Of a stretch of DNA of 64,000 nt, positions 39,002 to 48,045 are shown piece after piece. The translations under genes and the position numbers were made by a program. The notes below the pieces were generated by a model that searched no databases, was not told the DNA's origin, and was given only the letters and a program-made list of their open reading frames with translations. Source of the stretch: Firmicutes bacterium CAG:95 (GTDB lineage Bacteria > Bacillota > Clostridia > Lachnospirales > Lachnospiraceae); contig FR902981.1 of NCBI GenBank assembly GCA_000438155.1, forward strand, positions 22,734 through 86,733, given 5' to 3'. Position 1 is the stretch's first letter. Every line of letters begins with the position of its first letter.

Positions 39002-40162
39002 GTGAATAATTTGCTGACAAATAAGAAAAACAGAAGAGACCGTGTGGCGAATCTGGAGAAGTCACAGATTCTGGATCCGGAAAAGGTGAAGCGTGATAAG
39101 AAGCGTAAACGCAAGGTGGTTGCGTTGACTGTACTTGCTGCGATTACGGGACTGCTTGCAGCTGCATTTGCAGCGTTCCTGATTGTGGGAGCGATTGGTA
39201 AGGCAAACCTGCGCAGCAATGTGATTGCGGCGCCAAAGCTTGAAAATGCGCCGGTGGTGATAGAACTGCAACCGACAGAGGAAGAAGCTGCAGGCTGGAA
39301 AGAGGGCTGGGTGAAGTATAACGGTCAGATTTATGCATATAACGAGGATATTCTGACATTCCTTATCATGGGAATTGATAAGACGAAGGATGTGAAGGAA
39401 GTAGCGGAAGGAACAAACGGCGGACAGGCCGATGCCCTGTTCCTGGTGGTATTAAATCCGCATGATAATTCCTTAAGTGTCATTGGCATTAACCGGAATA
39501 CAATGACGGATATTTCTGTTTATGATGATAACGGTGCCTATGTTAATACGATTAAAGCGCAGATTACCGTGCAGCACGGCTTTGGGAATGGTGTGGAAGA
39601 AAGCTGTGAGTATCAGGTGAATGCTGTACAGCATCTGTTCTATGAAATGCCGGTTCATGGGTATGCAGCCATTAATATGAGTGCGATCGGACCACTTACG
39701 GATATGGTAGGTGGTGTGGATGTAGTGGCACTGGAGGATATTAAGAGTGGAAACAGCACCGTAATTAAGGAGGGTGAGGAGGTTCATCTGGAGGGTGATC
39801 TTGCTTTTGCCTATATTCATAATCGTGATACGAAGGAGTTCGGTTCTGCGGATCATCGTTTGGAGCGTCAGAAGCAGTTTATTACGACGTATTTGCAGAA
39901 GGTAAAGCAAAAGACAAAGGAAGACATTGGATTTCCGATTTCCGTATATCAGTCGATCGCTCCGCAGACTGTTACCAGTCTGACGGTGGATGAGATGACC
40001 TATCTGGTATCCATAGCAAAGGATTACAGCTTTGATGAGAATTATCTCTATACCCTGAAGGGAGAAACAAAGCAGGGGGATGTATTCGAGGAGTTTTATG
40101 TGGATGAGACCGATCTGTTTGAATTGATTCTAAAGGTATTCTATGAGCCGGTGGAGCAGTAA
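39002..40162 (+). CDS. LytR-CpsA-Psr (LCP) family cell-envelope glycopolymer transferase
   Basis: N-terminal TM, then the LCP core (DALFLVVLNPHDNSLSVIGINRNTMTD...QHGFGNG). Confidence 0.8.
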   Translation: MNNLLTNKKNRRDRVANLEKSQILDPEKVKRDKKRKRKVVALTVLAAITGLLAAAFAAFLIVGAIGKANLRSNVIAAPKLENAPVVIELQPTEEEAAGWKEGWVKYNGQIYAYNEDILTFLIMGIDKTKDVKEVAEGTNGGQADALFLVVLNPHDNSLSVIGINRNTMTDISVYDDNGAYVNTIKAQITVQHGFGNGVEESCEYQVNAVQHLFYEMPVHGYAAINMSAIGPLTDMVGGVDVVALEDIKSGNSTVIKEGEEVHLEGDLAFAYIHNRDTKEFGSADHRLERQKQFITTYLQKVKQKTKEDIGFPISVYQSIAPQTVTSLTVDEMTYLVSIAKDYSFDENYLYTLKGETKQGDVFEEFYVDETDLFELILKVFYEPVEQ

Positions 40163-40258
40163 TTGCAGATAACAGAGAAGTACAGGCATAACAAGTACAA
40201 GCATAAGAAGCATAAAGGATATTCAGAAAACAGCAAGAGGTATCAAAAGAAACCAACG

Positions 40259-41140
40259 ATGAGATGTGTAAAAAAATCAGAAATGAAAAATCAGATCAGA
40301 CAGAAAACAATAAGTAAATTAATGACTGTAATCGTGAGTATCCTGCTGATATTGGGAGCATTCAGTGGATGCGGTTCTTCTAATACAGACAACAGGGAGG
40401 ATACAGCAGGAACGGAAGAGCAGACATCAGAGAGTGTATCAGAGAGTACACCGGAGGCAGAAGAAAATCGTACCGGACTTCAGTTTGAAACGGCAAAGGA
40501 TGGACGAATTGACTTTACGGTTTTACAGGAAGAAAATCCGGAGATCTGGGGATGGCTGTATATTCCGGGAACGGATATTGACCGGCCGCTTTTGCAGAGT
40601 GCTACATCGGATACTTATTATCAGAATCATATGGCAGATGGACAGGAAGGAGAGGCAGGGGCTCTTTATATCGAGATTCCGAATCAGACAAACCTCTGTG
40701 ACTTCAATACCGTGATTCATGGAAAGGATCAGAAGGAAGGAGATCTTTTCTATGAACTGCATAAGTTTGAAGAGCCTGATTTCTTTAATGAACATGAGGC
40801 ACTTTATATTTACACACCGGATAATGTATATACCTATAGTATTTATGCTGCCTACTATGATGAGGGCAGTGATATTCTGCGAAGATACGACTATACCACC
40901 TATCAGGGGTGCAATGCATATCTTGCGGATTACTATGACCGAAGAGACATGACTATGAATAAGAGGGATGGCTGGGAGGACATCACAGCCGGACATTTCC
41001 TTCTGACACTCGATGGAATAACAACAGGAGACCGACAGTTCGTTGTGATGGCAGGACTTGTAAATGCAGGCGTGGCAAGCATGGACCGTATGATATTCGA
41101 TGGAACCGACTTCGTATATGACTTTGAGGACGAAGAGTAA
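40259..41140 (+). CDS. Sortase-B-fold lipoprotein lacking the catalytic His and Cys (pseudo-sortase). Start taken at an internal ATG before a lipoprotein signal peptide.
   Basis: Signal and lipobox (MKNQIRQKTISKLMTVIVSILLILGAFSGC). Class B sortase landmarks (NPEIWGWLYIPGTDIDRPLLQ; DRQFVVMAGLV with the conserved Arg). The His position reads IHGKDQ instead of YGHN, and the TLXTC position reads LTLDGIT, so the Cys is absent. Confidence 0.5.
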   Translation: MRCVKKSEMKNQIRQKTISKLMTVIVSILLILGAFSGCGSSNTDNREDTAGTEEQTSESVSESTPEAEENRTGLQFETAKDGRIDFTVLQEENPEIWGWLYIPGTDIDRPLLQSATSDTYYQNHMADGQEGEAGALYIEIPNQTNLCDFNTVIHGKDQKEGDLFYELHKFEEPDFFNEHEALYIYTPDNVYTYSIYAAYYDEGSDILRRYDYTTYQGCNAYLADYYDRRDMTMNKRDGWEDITAGHFLLTLDGITTGDRQFVVMAGLVNAGVASMDRMIFDGTDFVYDFEDEE

Positions 41141-41213
41141 TGTATTGATATCTGCATCGAAAGATGTTGATATAAACCACACTTAATTTTGCAAGAAGGG
41201 AGGAATTGGTCCA

Positions 41214-41768
41214 ATGAAGAAACTTATTGCATTAGTATCTGCAGCAGCAGTTCTTGTAATGCCTATGGCAGTATGCGCAGCTCCTTCACCGTCAGCAGGT
41301 GCAGTAGTAGCAGCATCTACACAGAGCGCACAGAACAGCGCTGTTGAAACAGCAGCAGCTGAAGTAAGCATGTCTGTTGGTGAATACACAAACAATGCGA
41401 TTGTATCTACTCCCGGACTCTCTGCTGCTGACACTTTGCCAGTAGGACAGGGCGGAAAGATCATCGTTAATGGTGTAGCAACCAATATGACTGTTATCTT
41501 AAGAAAGGTTGACGCTGCAACCGTTAAATCTGCTAAGACAGCAGCAACAGGAAAGATCCTTAACCTCGTTAATGCGAAGCTTCCTGTAGCAAAAGGAAAC
41601 ACTGTAACCGTTAACTTCTATGTTAAAGGCTTAGCCGGAACAGAGAATGTTACTGTATTACAGCTTGTAAATGGTGAATGGGTTCCGGTTACCGTTAAGG
41701 AAATCAGACTCGACCATATCGTACTCGACCTGACACAGTCCGGTCCTGTAATGTTCGTTCAGAACTAA
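41214..41768 (+). CDS. Secreted Ala/Val-rich protein, function unknown
   Basis: Signal peptide (MKKLIALVSAAAVLVMPMAVCAAP). 184 aa. Strong RBS gaagggagg. Confidence 0.5.
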   Translation: MKKLIALVSAAAVLVMPMAVCAAPSPSAGAVVAASTQSAQNSAVETAAAEVSMSVGEYTNNAIVSTPGLSAADTLPVGQGGKIIVNGVATNMTVILRKVDAATVKSAKTAATGKILNLVNAKLPVAKGNTVTVNFYVKGLAGTENVTVLQLVNGEWVPVTVKEIRLDHIVLDLTQSGPVMFVQN

Positions 41769-41803
41769 TAATCTGAACAAAATTTAGAAACTAGTTTTTA
41801 TCA

Positions 41804-41845
41804 ATAGGTAATTGCGAAACTCGCTAGGCTCGTTCGCAATCTTGA
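41804..41845. repeat. 42-bp direct repeat, copy 1 (ataggtaattgcgaaactcgctaggctcgttcgcaatcttga), containing a 9-bp hairpin
   Basis: Exact 42/42 identity with 43979-44020. It overlaps the 5' end of the AraC-HTH ORF. Confidence 0.8.
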
Positions 41846-42285
41846 TTACGCTGGATCGAATGGCTAAAATCAGCGAAAAGATTAACCACTCACAAACGAT
41901 TGATGAGGCCATCGACAGCCTGTGGTATTTTTGGCTTCAGTACACAGCCGAACAATCCCTGCAGCATCCGGAAATCCGCAGGGCACTGGAGCTCATCAAT
42001 AAGCATCTGGATCAGCCAATTACACTGCAGTTCATTGCCAAACAGGTGGGCTTAAGCTCCCACTACCTGAGCCGCCTTTTCCACGCGGAAACCGGAAAGC
42101 CTTTTAATCAATACGTTATAGAGGCCAAAATGCAGCGGGCCGCGAAGCTCCTGCGTGAATCCACAATGAAGGTCTATGAAGTGTCAGACAGTATCGGAAT
42201 TCCCAATTACCGATATTTCGCGGCGCTGTTCAAAAAGCATTGGGGTATGACACCGATAGATTATAGAAAGAATGTGATGAAATGA
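41812..42285 (+). CDS. AraC-family HTH domain protein. It looks like a receiver-less remnant of a YesN-type response regulator. Start uncertain (TTG at 41812 or ATG at 41860).
   Basis: Only the two-HTH AraC DNA-binding domain is present (LQFIAKQVGLSSHYLSRLF...IPNYRYFAALFKKHWGMTPIDY). There is no REC or ligand domain. It is translationally coupled (ATGA overlap) to a YesM-like kinase. Confidence 0.6.
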   Translation: MRNSLGSFAILITLDRMAKISEKINHSQTIDEAIDSLWYFWLQYTAEQSLQHPEIRRALELINKHLDQPITLQFIAKQVGLSSHYLSRLFHAETGKPFNQYVIEAKMQRAAKLLRESTMKVYEVSDSIGIPNYRYFAALFKKHWGMTPIDYRKNVMK

Positions 42286-43982
42286 GAGTACGGAGAAAGC
42301 ATTTGTTCCACTGGGGACTCACCCAGCGTCTGTTCGTAATGACATCCACTATCTCCATTGCAGTGTTGGCCATCATGGCTTTATACGGCTATAATTCCGC
42401 TCATAAGGCCCTCGAACGGCAAATCGCCAGCAACATCTCCAGCTTGAACGACCGTACCCTCAGCTATGTTGACAGCTATGTAGAGAGTGCCCAAAGCCTT
42501 GGCCGTATGATTGCCGCGGATCGTGGAACCGGCATCAGACAGTCTGAGCGTATCGGTATCTTAATTAACACCTTCAGTCAAACCCTCTATCCCGTCGCCC
42601 GCACTATTTATTATATACCTGCCAACGGTGAAGTAATTTCCACTCGTCAGACTTATTATGACATCATGGGAAATAAGATGCTGCCGCTGCTGGCAGAAAG
42701 TGCACAGGATAGTCTCACCGGCCTCGCCTGGAGCCAGCCGTATCACTCTCCTGTTTCCGGTGACACCGTTGCCTTTTCACTGGCTGTAGAGGACCAGCCA
42801 AATGACGAAAAGGGTGTCTTAGTCATAGAACTGGATCTGGGTTACATCAAAAATGATCTGGACCGTTTTCTTCATAAAGGGAACCAGTCTTATCTGCTAA
42901 TGACATCAGAAGGGAACGTCATCCTTTTTAATCGTAATACAGATTTACTGCAATACGAAAACGACACCCTGCGCACCTCTATCGCACCGCAAATGATTGC
43001 CGAGCTGGCAGACTGCCCTCAGGGAATCTCCTATTTACCCAAAGAAGCTCCTTCCTTGCTCGTCACCCGTTCGCCTATCAATCGACTGGGTTGGTCGCTA
43101 TTCACGCTTGTCAACAGCGACAGCATTTTTGCGGCGTACAACAAAACCCTGACCAGGACCTACATTAACGCCGGAATCCTGATTCTGGTGGTTTTGTTGG
43201 GTGTATGTTTCTTCTTAAGCCGCAAATTCGTTTCTCCCATTCGTGAACTGGATGAGAAGATGAGCCATTTTTCCAAGACGCAGCTCAATGAGCCCCTGCC
43301 CGTCAAAAGAAGCGATGAGATCGGTCACTTGACGGAAAGCTATAATCAAATGCTCATGCGCTTAAAACGCCTCATCCGGGAGGTTAAGCAAAGTGAAAAA
43401 GAAAAACAGAATTACAAGATTCAGATGCTGCAAAGCCAAATCAAGCCCCACTTCCTTTATAACACGTTAGCCTGCATCAGAAGCCTGGCGAAGCAAAACA
43501 GAATGGAGGAAATCCGTGAGACAATCTCCTCTCTGGTGGGACTTTTGGCTTATACCTTCGATAAGACGGATGATTTTGTAACCATCAACGAAGAAATTCA
43601 GTCACTCAAAAAGTATATACAAATTCAGCATATGCGATATGGAGATGTCTTCCATATAGAATATCAGATCAGTCCCGATACCAGCGAGTGTTATTGTCCA
43701 AAGCTCACGCTGCAGCCAATCGTTGAAAACGCAATCTTTCATGGAATCTTACCCGCCGAGGAAAATGGAGCTATCCGAATCGAAACAAAGATTTACAACG
43801 AAGAATTGCACATATTTGTAAAAGATAATGGGATTGGATTTAGTGCAGACCGATTTGAGAAGATATTGGCAGGTATCGAGCCGGACAACAATTCCAATGC
43901 ATTCAATCATGTAGGACTTAAAAATGTAAACAACCGGATTATTCTTAATTATGGAGACACTTACGGTATTCATATTTTATAG
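42282..43982 (+). CDS. Sensor histidine kinase of the YesM/LytS family (TM-extracellular-TM, HAMP, His_kinase, HATPase_c)
   Basis: Two TM helices flanking a periplasmic-type domain. Phospho-acceptor block QIKPHFLYNTLACIRSLA and a GHKL ATPase C-terminus. Confidence 0.8.
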   Translation: MRVRRKHLFHWGLTQRLFVMTSTISIAVLAIMALYGYNSAHKALERQIASNISSLNDRTLSYVDSYVESAQSLGRMIAADRGTGIRQSERIGILINTFSQTLYPVARTIYYIPANGEVISTRQTYYDIMGNKMLPLLAESAQDSLTGLAWSQPYHSPVSGDTVAFSLAVEDQPNDEKGVLVIELDLGYIKNDLDRFLHKGNQSYLLMTSEGNVILFNRNTDLLQYENDTLRTSIAPQMIAELADCPQGISYLPKEAPSLLVTRSPINRLGWSLFTLVNSDSIFAAYNKTLTRTYINAGILILVVLLGVCFFLSRKFVSPIRELDEKMSHFSKTQLNEPLPVKRSDEIGHLTESYNQMLMRLKRLIREVKQSEKEKQNYKIQMLQSQIKPHFLYNTLACIRSLAKQNRMEEIRETISSLVGLLAYTFDKTDDFVTINEEIQSLKKYIQIQHMRYGDVFHIEYQISPDTSECYCPKLTLQPIVENAIFHGILPAEENGAIRIETKIYNEELHIFVKDNGIGFSADRFEKILAGIEPDNNSNAFNHVGLKNVNNRIILNYGDTYGIHIL

Positions 43983-44020
43983 GTAATTGCGAAACTCGCT
44001 AGGCTCGTTCGCAATCTTGA
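43979..44020. repeat. 42-bp direct repeat, copy 2
   Basis: Identical to 41804-41845. It begins inside the HK stop codon. Confidence 0.8.
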
Positions 44021-44213
44021 AAGAAAACAAGGAAGAATTCGCGCAGAGCACGAATTCTGGAATGAAAAATGGATAACTGGACATTTTAGGCGCACTTTAA
44101 TAAGCTATGGGCTTTATGAAGTGGTAAGTCCTAAGCTATGAGTGGTTTTATGCTTCGAATATATTCGTGATGATTGATTTTATCTGCGAGAACAACAGTA
44201 ATAAACGTATACT

Positions 44214-44657
44214 TTATTGTTCGCTTGTTTCCAGCCTTTCCACTTGTACCGATATGTCATCGGATAGTTTTGCTGAATATTCTTGATTCAAAAAATCAAA
44301 GCAGGCTTTACAATAAAATTCATTATTGTATTGATATATCTCAAAATTTATAAGTCTGTTTTCGTCTGTTTTTTGCTGTTCCACCGATTTTTGCTTGTCA
44401 GCCTGAAATATAACTATCCTTTTATACCTCATGGCTTCTTCTGGGATTCCGACATTTTCGCTTTCTACGTCTAAAAAGAAATCACATATCTGATTAACTA
44501 AATCATCTATTGTTTCATTAGTAGAATCGTATTCTTTTTCTGTGTTATCTGAATAATCATAAATCACAATAATCTGATCTTTGCTGCTATCTCCACAACC
44601 ACTAATTAACAAACAAATAAATGCAACTAACAAAATCATTATATTTTTGATATGCAT
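44214..44657 (-). CDS. Lipoprotein, function unknown
   Basis: Signal and lipobox (MHIKNIMILLVAFICLLISGCGDSS). Confidence 0.5.
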   Translation of the reverse strand: MHIKNIMILLVAFICLLISGCGDSSKDQIIVIYDYSDNTEKEYDSTNETIDDLVNQICDFFLDVESENVGIPEEAMRYKRIVIFQADKQKSVEQQKTDENRLINFEIYQYNNEFYCKACFDFLNQEYSAKLSDDISVQVERLETSEQ

Positions 44658-44710
44658 GCCTTCTCTTAATTTTTTTCATTATTATTTCAAATTTCCTTTC
44701 ATTGTTGTGG

Positions 44711-45061
44711 CTAATCACTATTTTTGGACGGGATTTCAATAATAATATTTTGTGCAAGCCCTCTTAATAATTCTTTTGTGATTTGCAGTTTAAAATCTTC
44801 CAGCGCATAATACTTCATGGCTTTACCACTTTCAGATATTTCCATTGCACTTGTAACAAGTCGAGCTGTTTCTAGCTTCTTTAAATGCATATAAAGCAAA
44901 GGCCTGCTAATATTTACCAATCGGGCTAGTTCACTCACATATTGTCGTCCCTCTGCCAATATACCGATTATCTTTATCCGTACTGGATGCGAAAGAGCGT
45001 CAAAAACATTGATGTAATCTTCGTATTTATTTAATTTTAAATCTCCAACAATATTTTCCAT
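44711..45061 (-). CDS. ArsR/SmtB-family winged-helix transcriptional regulator
   Basis: ALSHPVRIKIIGILAEGRQYVSELARLVNISRPLLYMHLKKLETARLV. Confidence 0.7.
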   Translation of the reverse strand: MENIVGDLKLNKYEDYINVFDALSHPVRIKIIGILAEGRQYVSELARLVNISRPLLYMHLKKLETARLVTSAMEISESGKAMKYYALEDFKLQITKELLRGLAQNIIIEIPSKNSD

Positions 45062-45063
45062 AA

Positions 45064-45297
45064 TTAAATATCTTTCATCATTTTATCAATGACTTCGACT
45101 TTTTCTTTTACCGTCTGTAAGTCCTTTTTTATTTCGGCATTTTCACGCCTCATATCTTCTGCAAAACTGTCAAACTTTGCTACATCAACGCTCTTAATTC
45201 TTTCTCTTTTTTCCATACTCCGAATAATCAGAATAATTGAAACAAGAATAACAATACCAATTGTTCCAATTACAGGAATAATAATAGAAATATTCAT
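45064..45297 (-). CDS. Small bitopic membrane protein with a coiled-coil tail, first gene of a 3-gene operon with ArsR
   Basis: N-terminal TM (MNISIIIPVIGTIGIVILVSIILII), then a charged helical region. Its stop is 2 nt from the ArsR start. Confidence 0.4.
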   Translation of the reverse strand: MNISIIIPVIGTIGIVILVSIILIIRSMEKRERIKSVDVAKFDSFAEDMRRENAEIKKDLQTVKEKVEVIDKMMKDI

Positions 45298-45657
45298 TCT
45301 CTTGTTCTCCTTTTAATATATTTTTATCATGTGTAAATACTTTATTATACATGATAAAAAATGTCAACATCAAATTAGAATATAAAAAGTATATATGTAA
45401 CTTCTATTGGAAGCATATCAGCTTTTAATGCTAGAGTAGATAGGTTAGAATGAGTTCAACACAATAGAAAGTCAAAAATCAGAAACTTAAGAGTACATTA
45501 AGGATTCTACATTAGAGTTACTAGATGTACGGACAAGCACGACATTTTCATTTGCGAATATTTCACATACTAGAATTAAAAAATGTATTTAAATATCAAT
45601 CTTGAAATTATCATGCCAATGTCTGTAATCAATAACATTCTCTCCATAAATTTGGAT

Positions 45658-46107
45658 TTAGTATAAGTCAATATGACGCTTATGGAAATTGAACATATCT
45701 ATAAAGAAACGTATTCCATCACATCTTACCCCTAAAAGAGGTTTTGGTATCAAACAATTTGAATCTTTTGTAAAAGGTTCAGTTATTGCTTTACTATAGA
45801 TATAGATTTCCTCCACATCATCCCGGTACAGATAACGTGTCAGAAAAGAAAAACCTGTCATCTCCCCATAAAGGAGATCGCAGAGTTCCGCCTGCTCCAT
45901 TCCTTCTACACCCACGTTGCTCTGTTCCAGATATTTTCCGATGTAGGATTCAATCAGCTCCCGGTTCTCATCCGGATTGTCACGAAGCACAGAAGCGAAA
46001 TTCTTAGATATATACTCCTGCACATCCTTCAATACTTCCGGGAAAGTACGGTATATCACACTTTTGTTTAACATCCCGGCAGTTTCATGTATGCCCCATA
46101 TTTTCAT
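45658..46107 (-). CDS. Hypothetical protein, divergent from the MazF-like gene
   Basis: 149-aa ORF with no recognisable motif. Confidence 0.35.
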   Translation of the reverse strand: MKIWGIHETAGMLNKSVIYRTFPEVLKDVQEYISKNFASVLRDNPDENRELIESYIGKYLEQSNVGVEGMEQAELCDLLYGEMTGFSFLTRYLYRDDVEEIYIYSKAITEPFTKDSNCLIPKPLLGVRCDGIRFFIDMFNFHKRHIDLY

Positions 46108-46308
46108 TCTTCAAACCCCTTGGTCTGGTTGCAATATACCGGATATGGGCATAGTTTGCTCCCGGTGTGTCCTTTTTGTTCGGATGCCGGAAACGCTGCT
46201 TATACACTAAGATTGACATTATTTTCTACCTTTCTCCGTGTTATTTTGTTGTACTCTGTCACATTATCTGCTAAAATTAGGAATACAAACCTGCAAAGGA
46301 GAATTGCC

Positions 46309-46992
46309 TTGAAACATACAGCAACATTAGAAGATACGCGCCATTCCTTTGATGAAATGGCTTCCTCGTTACAAAATCATTTTCAGCAGATTAATCTGGA
46401 AGAACCGAAAAACGTCAAACTTGCCAATGAATACTATAAATGGACTTCATTAAAAACAAATCTGATTCTGAATGAAAAAGCCTTTCAAATACCCTCCTCC
46501 GCCCTGCCCAATGTCATCAAGCCATCCGCATTTAAGTGGCTGCACAGCGATAAACAAGCAGTAGTGTCAAAATACTATCAGTACGACAAAGCTACCGATA
46601 AATATGTGATTGCTGTCAAAAAAAGTATCGTGCCGGAAACGGATATTGAACTGATTATGCGCTCTCTTGTACTGATTCGGAAAGCTGTTGTCTGGGTAGA
46701 TTTCGGTTATAACATCGGCACGGAATTTGGCGGCAGGCATCCGGCAATCATACTGAAAAATTTAAAGGATTCCCTTATCGTTATTCCTTTATCTTCACAA
46801 ATGCCCAAAACTATGGACTGCAATATAATGGTTGATAAGGTCTACGGTTTTCCTGAAATGCCGCGCTGGGCAAATGTAACAAGGATTACACAGGTCAGCC
46901 TTTCCAGAGTCCACTTCGAGAAGTTTGGTGATGTAAAACCCGGCGTATTAAAAGAAATCCGTGAAAAACTGGTTTCCTGCGGTATCATTTAG
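46309..46992 (+). CDS. MazF/PemK-fold endoribonuclease toxin domain fused to an N-terminal approximately 110-aa domain of unknown function
   Basis: The C-terminal half matches the MazF/PemK core (AVVWVDFGYNIGTEFGGRHPAIIL ... SLIVIPLSSQ; compare E. coli MazF IWVDFDPTKGSEQAGHRPAVVL ... CLCVPCTTQ). TTG start at 46309 with RBS aaaggagaa and a 5-nt spacer. The alternative ATG is at 46357. Confidence 0.55.
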   Translation: MKHTATLEDTRHSFDEMASSLQNHFQQINLEEPKNVKLANEYYKWTSLKTNLILNEKAFQIPSSALPNVIKPSAFKWLHSDKQAVVSKYYQYDKATDKYVIAVKKSIVPETDIELIMRSLVLIRKAVVWVDFGYNIGTEFGGRHPAIILKNLKDSLIVIPLSSQMPKTMDCNIMVDKVYGFPEMPRWANVTRITQVSLSRVHFEKFGDVKPGVLKEIREKLVSCGII

Positions 46993-47034
46993 GCTTTTTC
47001 TGCATACTTTATTACTGCTACAAAATGTTTGACA

Positions 47035-47685
47035 TCACTGCTGCTTTGTGCTAGTATGATGATGTAAACGTAGGAGCAATCCTGGTAATTTTGTAACCGT
47101 GAAGCCGTCATTTATGGCGGCTTCTTTTCGTACTATAATATATTTGATACCGTTTTCAATCTTCCTCTCCTTCCCTTTCCTCTGCATCTGCTTCTTCCAT
47201 TTGGACCGCCAGCCGCTCTCCCATTCTTTGCAATCCTTCGTATATCCTCTTTGTTTTCTCATAAGGTGCTGCATCCAAAACCAGCTCCGGCTCCCCACTT
47301 TCATTCTCCTGTAGCAGCACAGAAACCTCTCCACTGGATATGTGAAGATAGCGTTGCAGGCAATCTCCATCCACGGATAGATAAGACGGGACAGTTCATG
47401 GGGCGTGGCGGTCGTCCTGCTGTTCCATGAGAAAAGGTTATGTGCCATAGACAAAAGCTGGCTCTGATACTCCTCCAGATTTCCTTTACATGATCTTTTG
47501 ATTTTGTCAAAGGAAATACCATATGGATCCACACATTTTTTTGCTGCCTCAAAAAGCTCCGGTACACTGGATAAAATGTAAAAGGCTGCCCGATAGTCAG
47601 AATCCAGTTTCTTCCCTTCGGTCAGCCCTACAAGATGCTCATATCTTTGTGCCTGATTCACTTTTGCTCTCCTCCCAATAATCAC
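47035..47685 (-). pseudogene. Frameshifted gene of unknown function. The N-terminal part is in one frame and the C-terminal part continues in the frame of ORF 47156..47374.
   Basis: Upstream of about 47380 the protein looks normal (..TATPHELSRLIYPW). Downstream in the same frame it is K/R/W-rich nonsense. The -1 frame instead gives a plausible continuation (DGDCLQRYLHISSGEVSVLLQENESGEPELVLDAAPYEKTKRIYEGLQRMGERLAVQMEEADAEE). Confidence 0.45.
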
Positions 47686-47692
47686 TTAATAA

Positions 47693-48016
47693 CTACTCTC
47701 CCATACATAAATCCGCTTCCTGTTCTTCTTCGATGAAAACACCATGATCGCACATTCCTGTTATTTGATCTAGAAGTTCCTTGGTCTGTATGGGACTGGT
47801 TGCCATAGTCAGCTTTTGTTGTCTGTAATCATAACTGTATACTTCATCAGACAGCACTTCCTCAGGTGCAACCTGTGTTCTATTTATTTCCATTACCATG
47901 CGTTGAAGTTCCTCCGCATTCATATCTCCATTATCCTTCATCAGGATAACTTCATGGATACTGCTGGGAAGAATGAAAAAATTACTTTGTGTTGCTTCCC
48001 CGATTTCCTGTAACAA
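47693..48016 (-). CDS. Hypothetical acidic protein (mobile-element associated?)
   Basis: 107-aa ORF in an operon with the ParB-like gene. Confidence 0.35.
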   Translation of the reverse strand: MLQEIGEATQSNFFILPSSIHEVILMKDNGDMNAEELQRMVMEINRTQVAPEEVLSDEVYSYDYRQQKLTMATSPIQTKELLDQITGMCDHGVFIEEEQEADLCMGE

Positions 48017-48045
48017 ATTTGGATAAAGTATGGCTGTTGCACCAT

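Noticed and set aside
40163-40258. Basic His/Lys-rich N-terminal extension (MQITEKYRHNKYKHKKHK...) of the sortase-like ORF
   Set aside because: It starts with TTG directly after the LCP stop and has no RBS. A canonical lipoprotein signal peptide follows an internal Met, so the extension is probably untranslated.
40523-41214. Long antisense ORFs (40523..41182, 40933..41214, 40983..41180) opposite the sortase-like gene
   Set aside because: The plus-strand gene has clear sortase-B family similarity and a lipoprotein signal. The antisense frames have no RBS or motifs.
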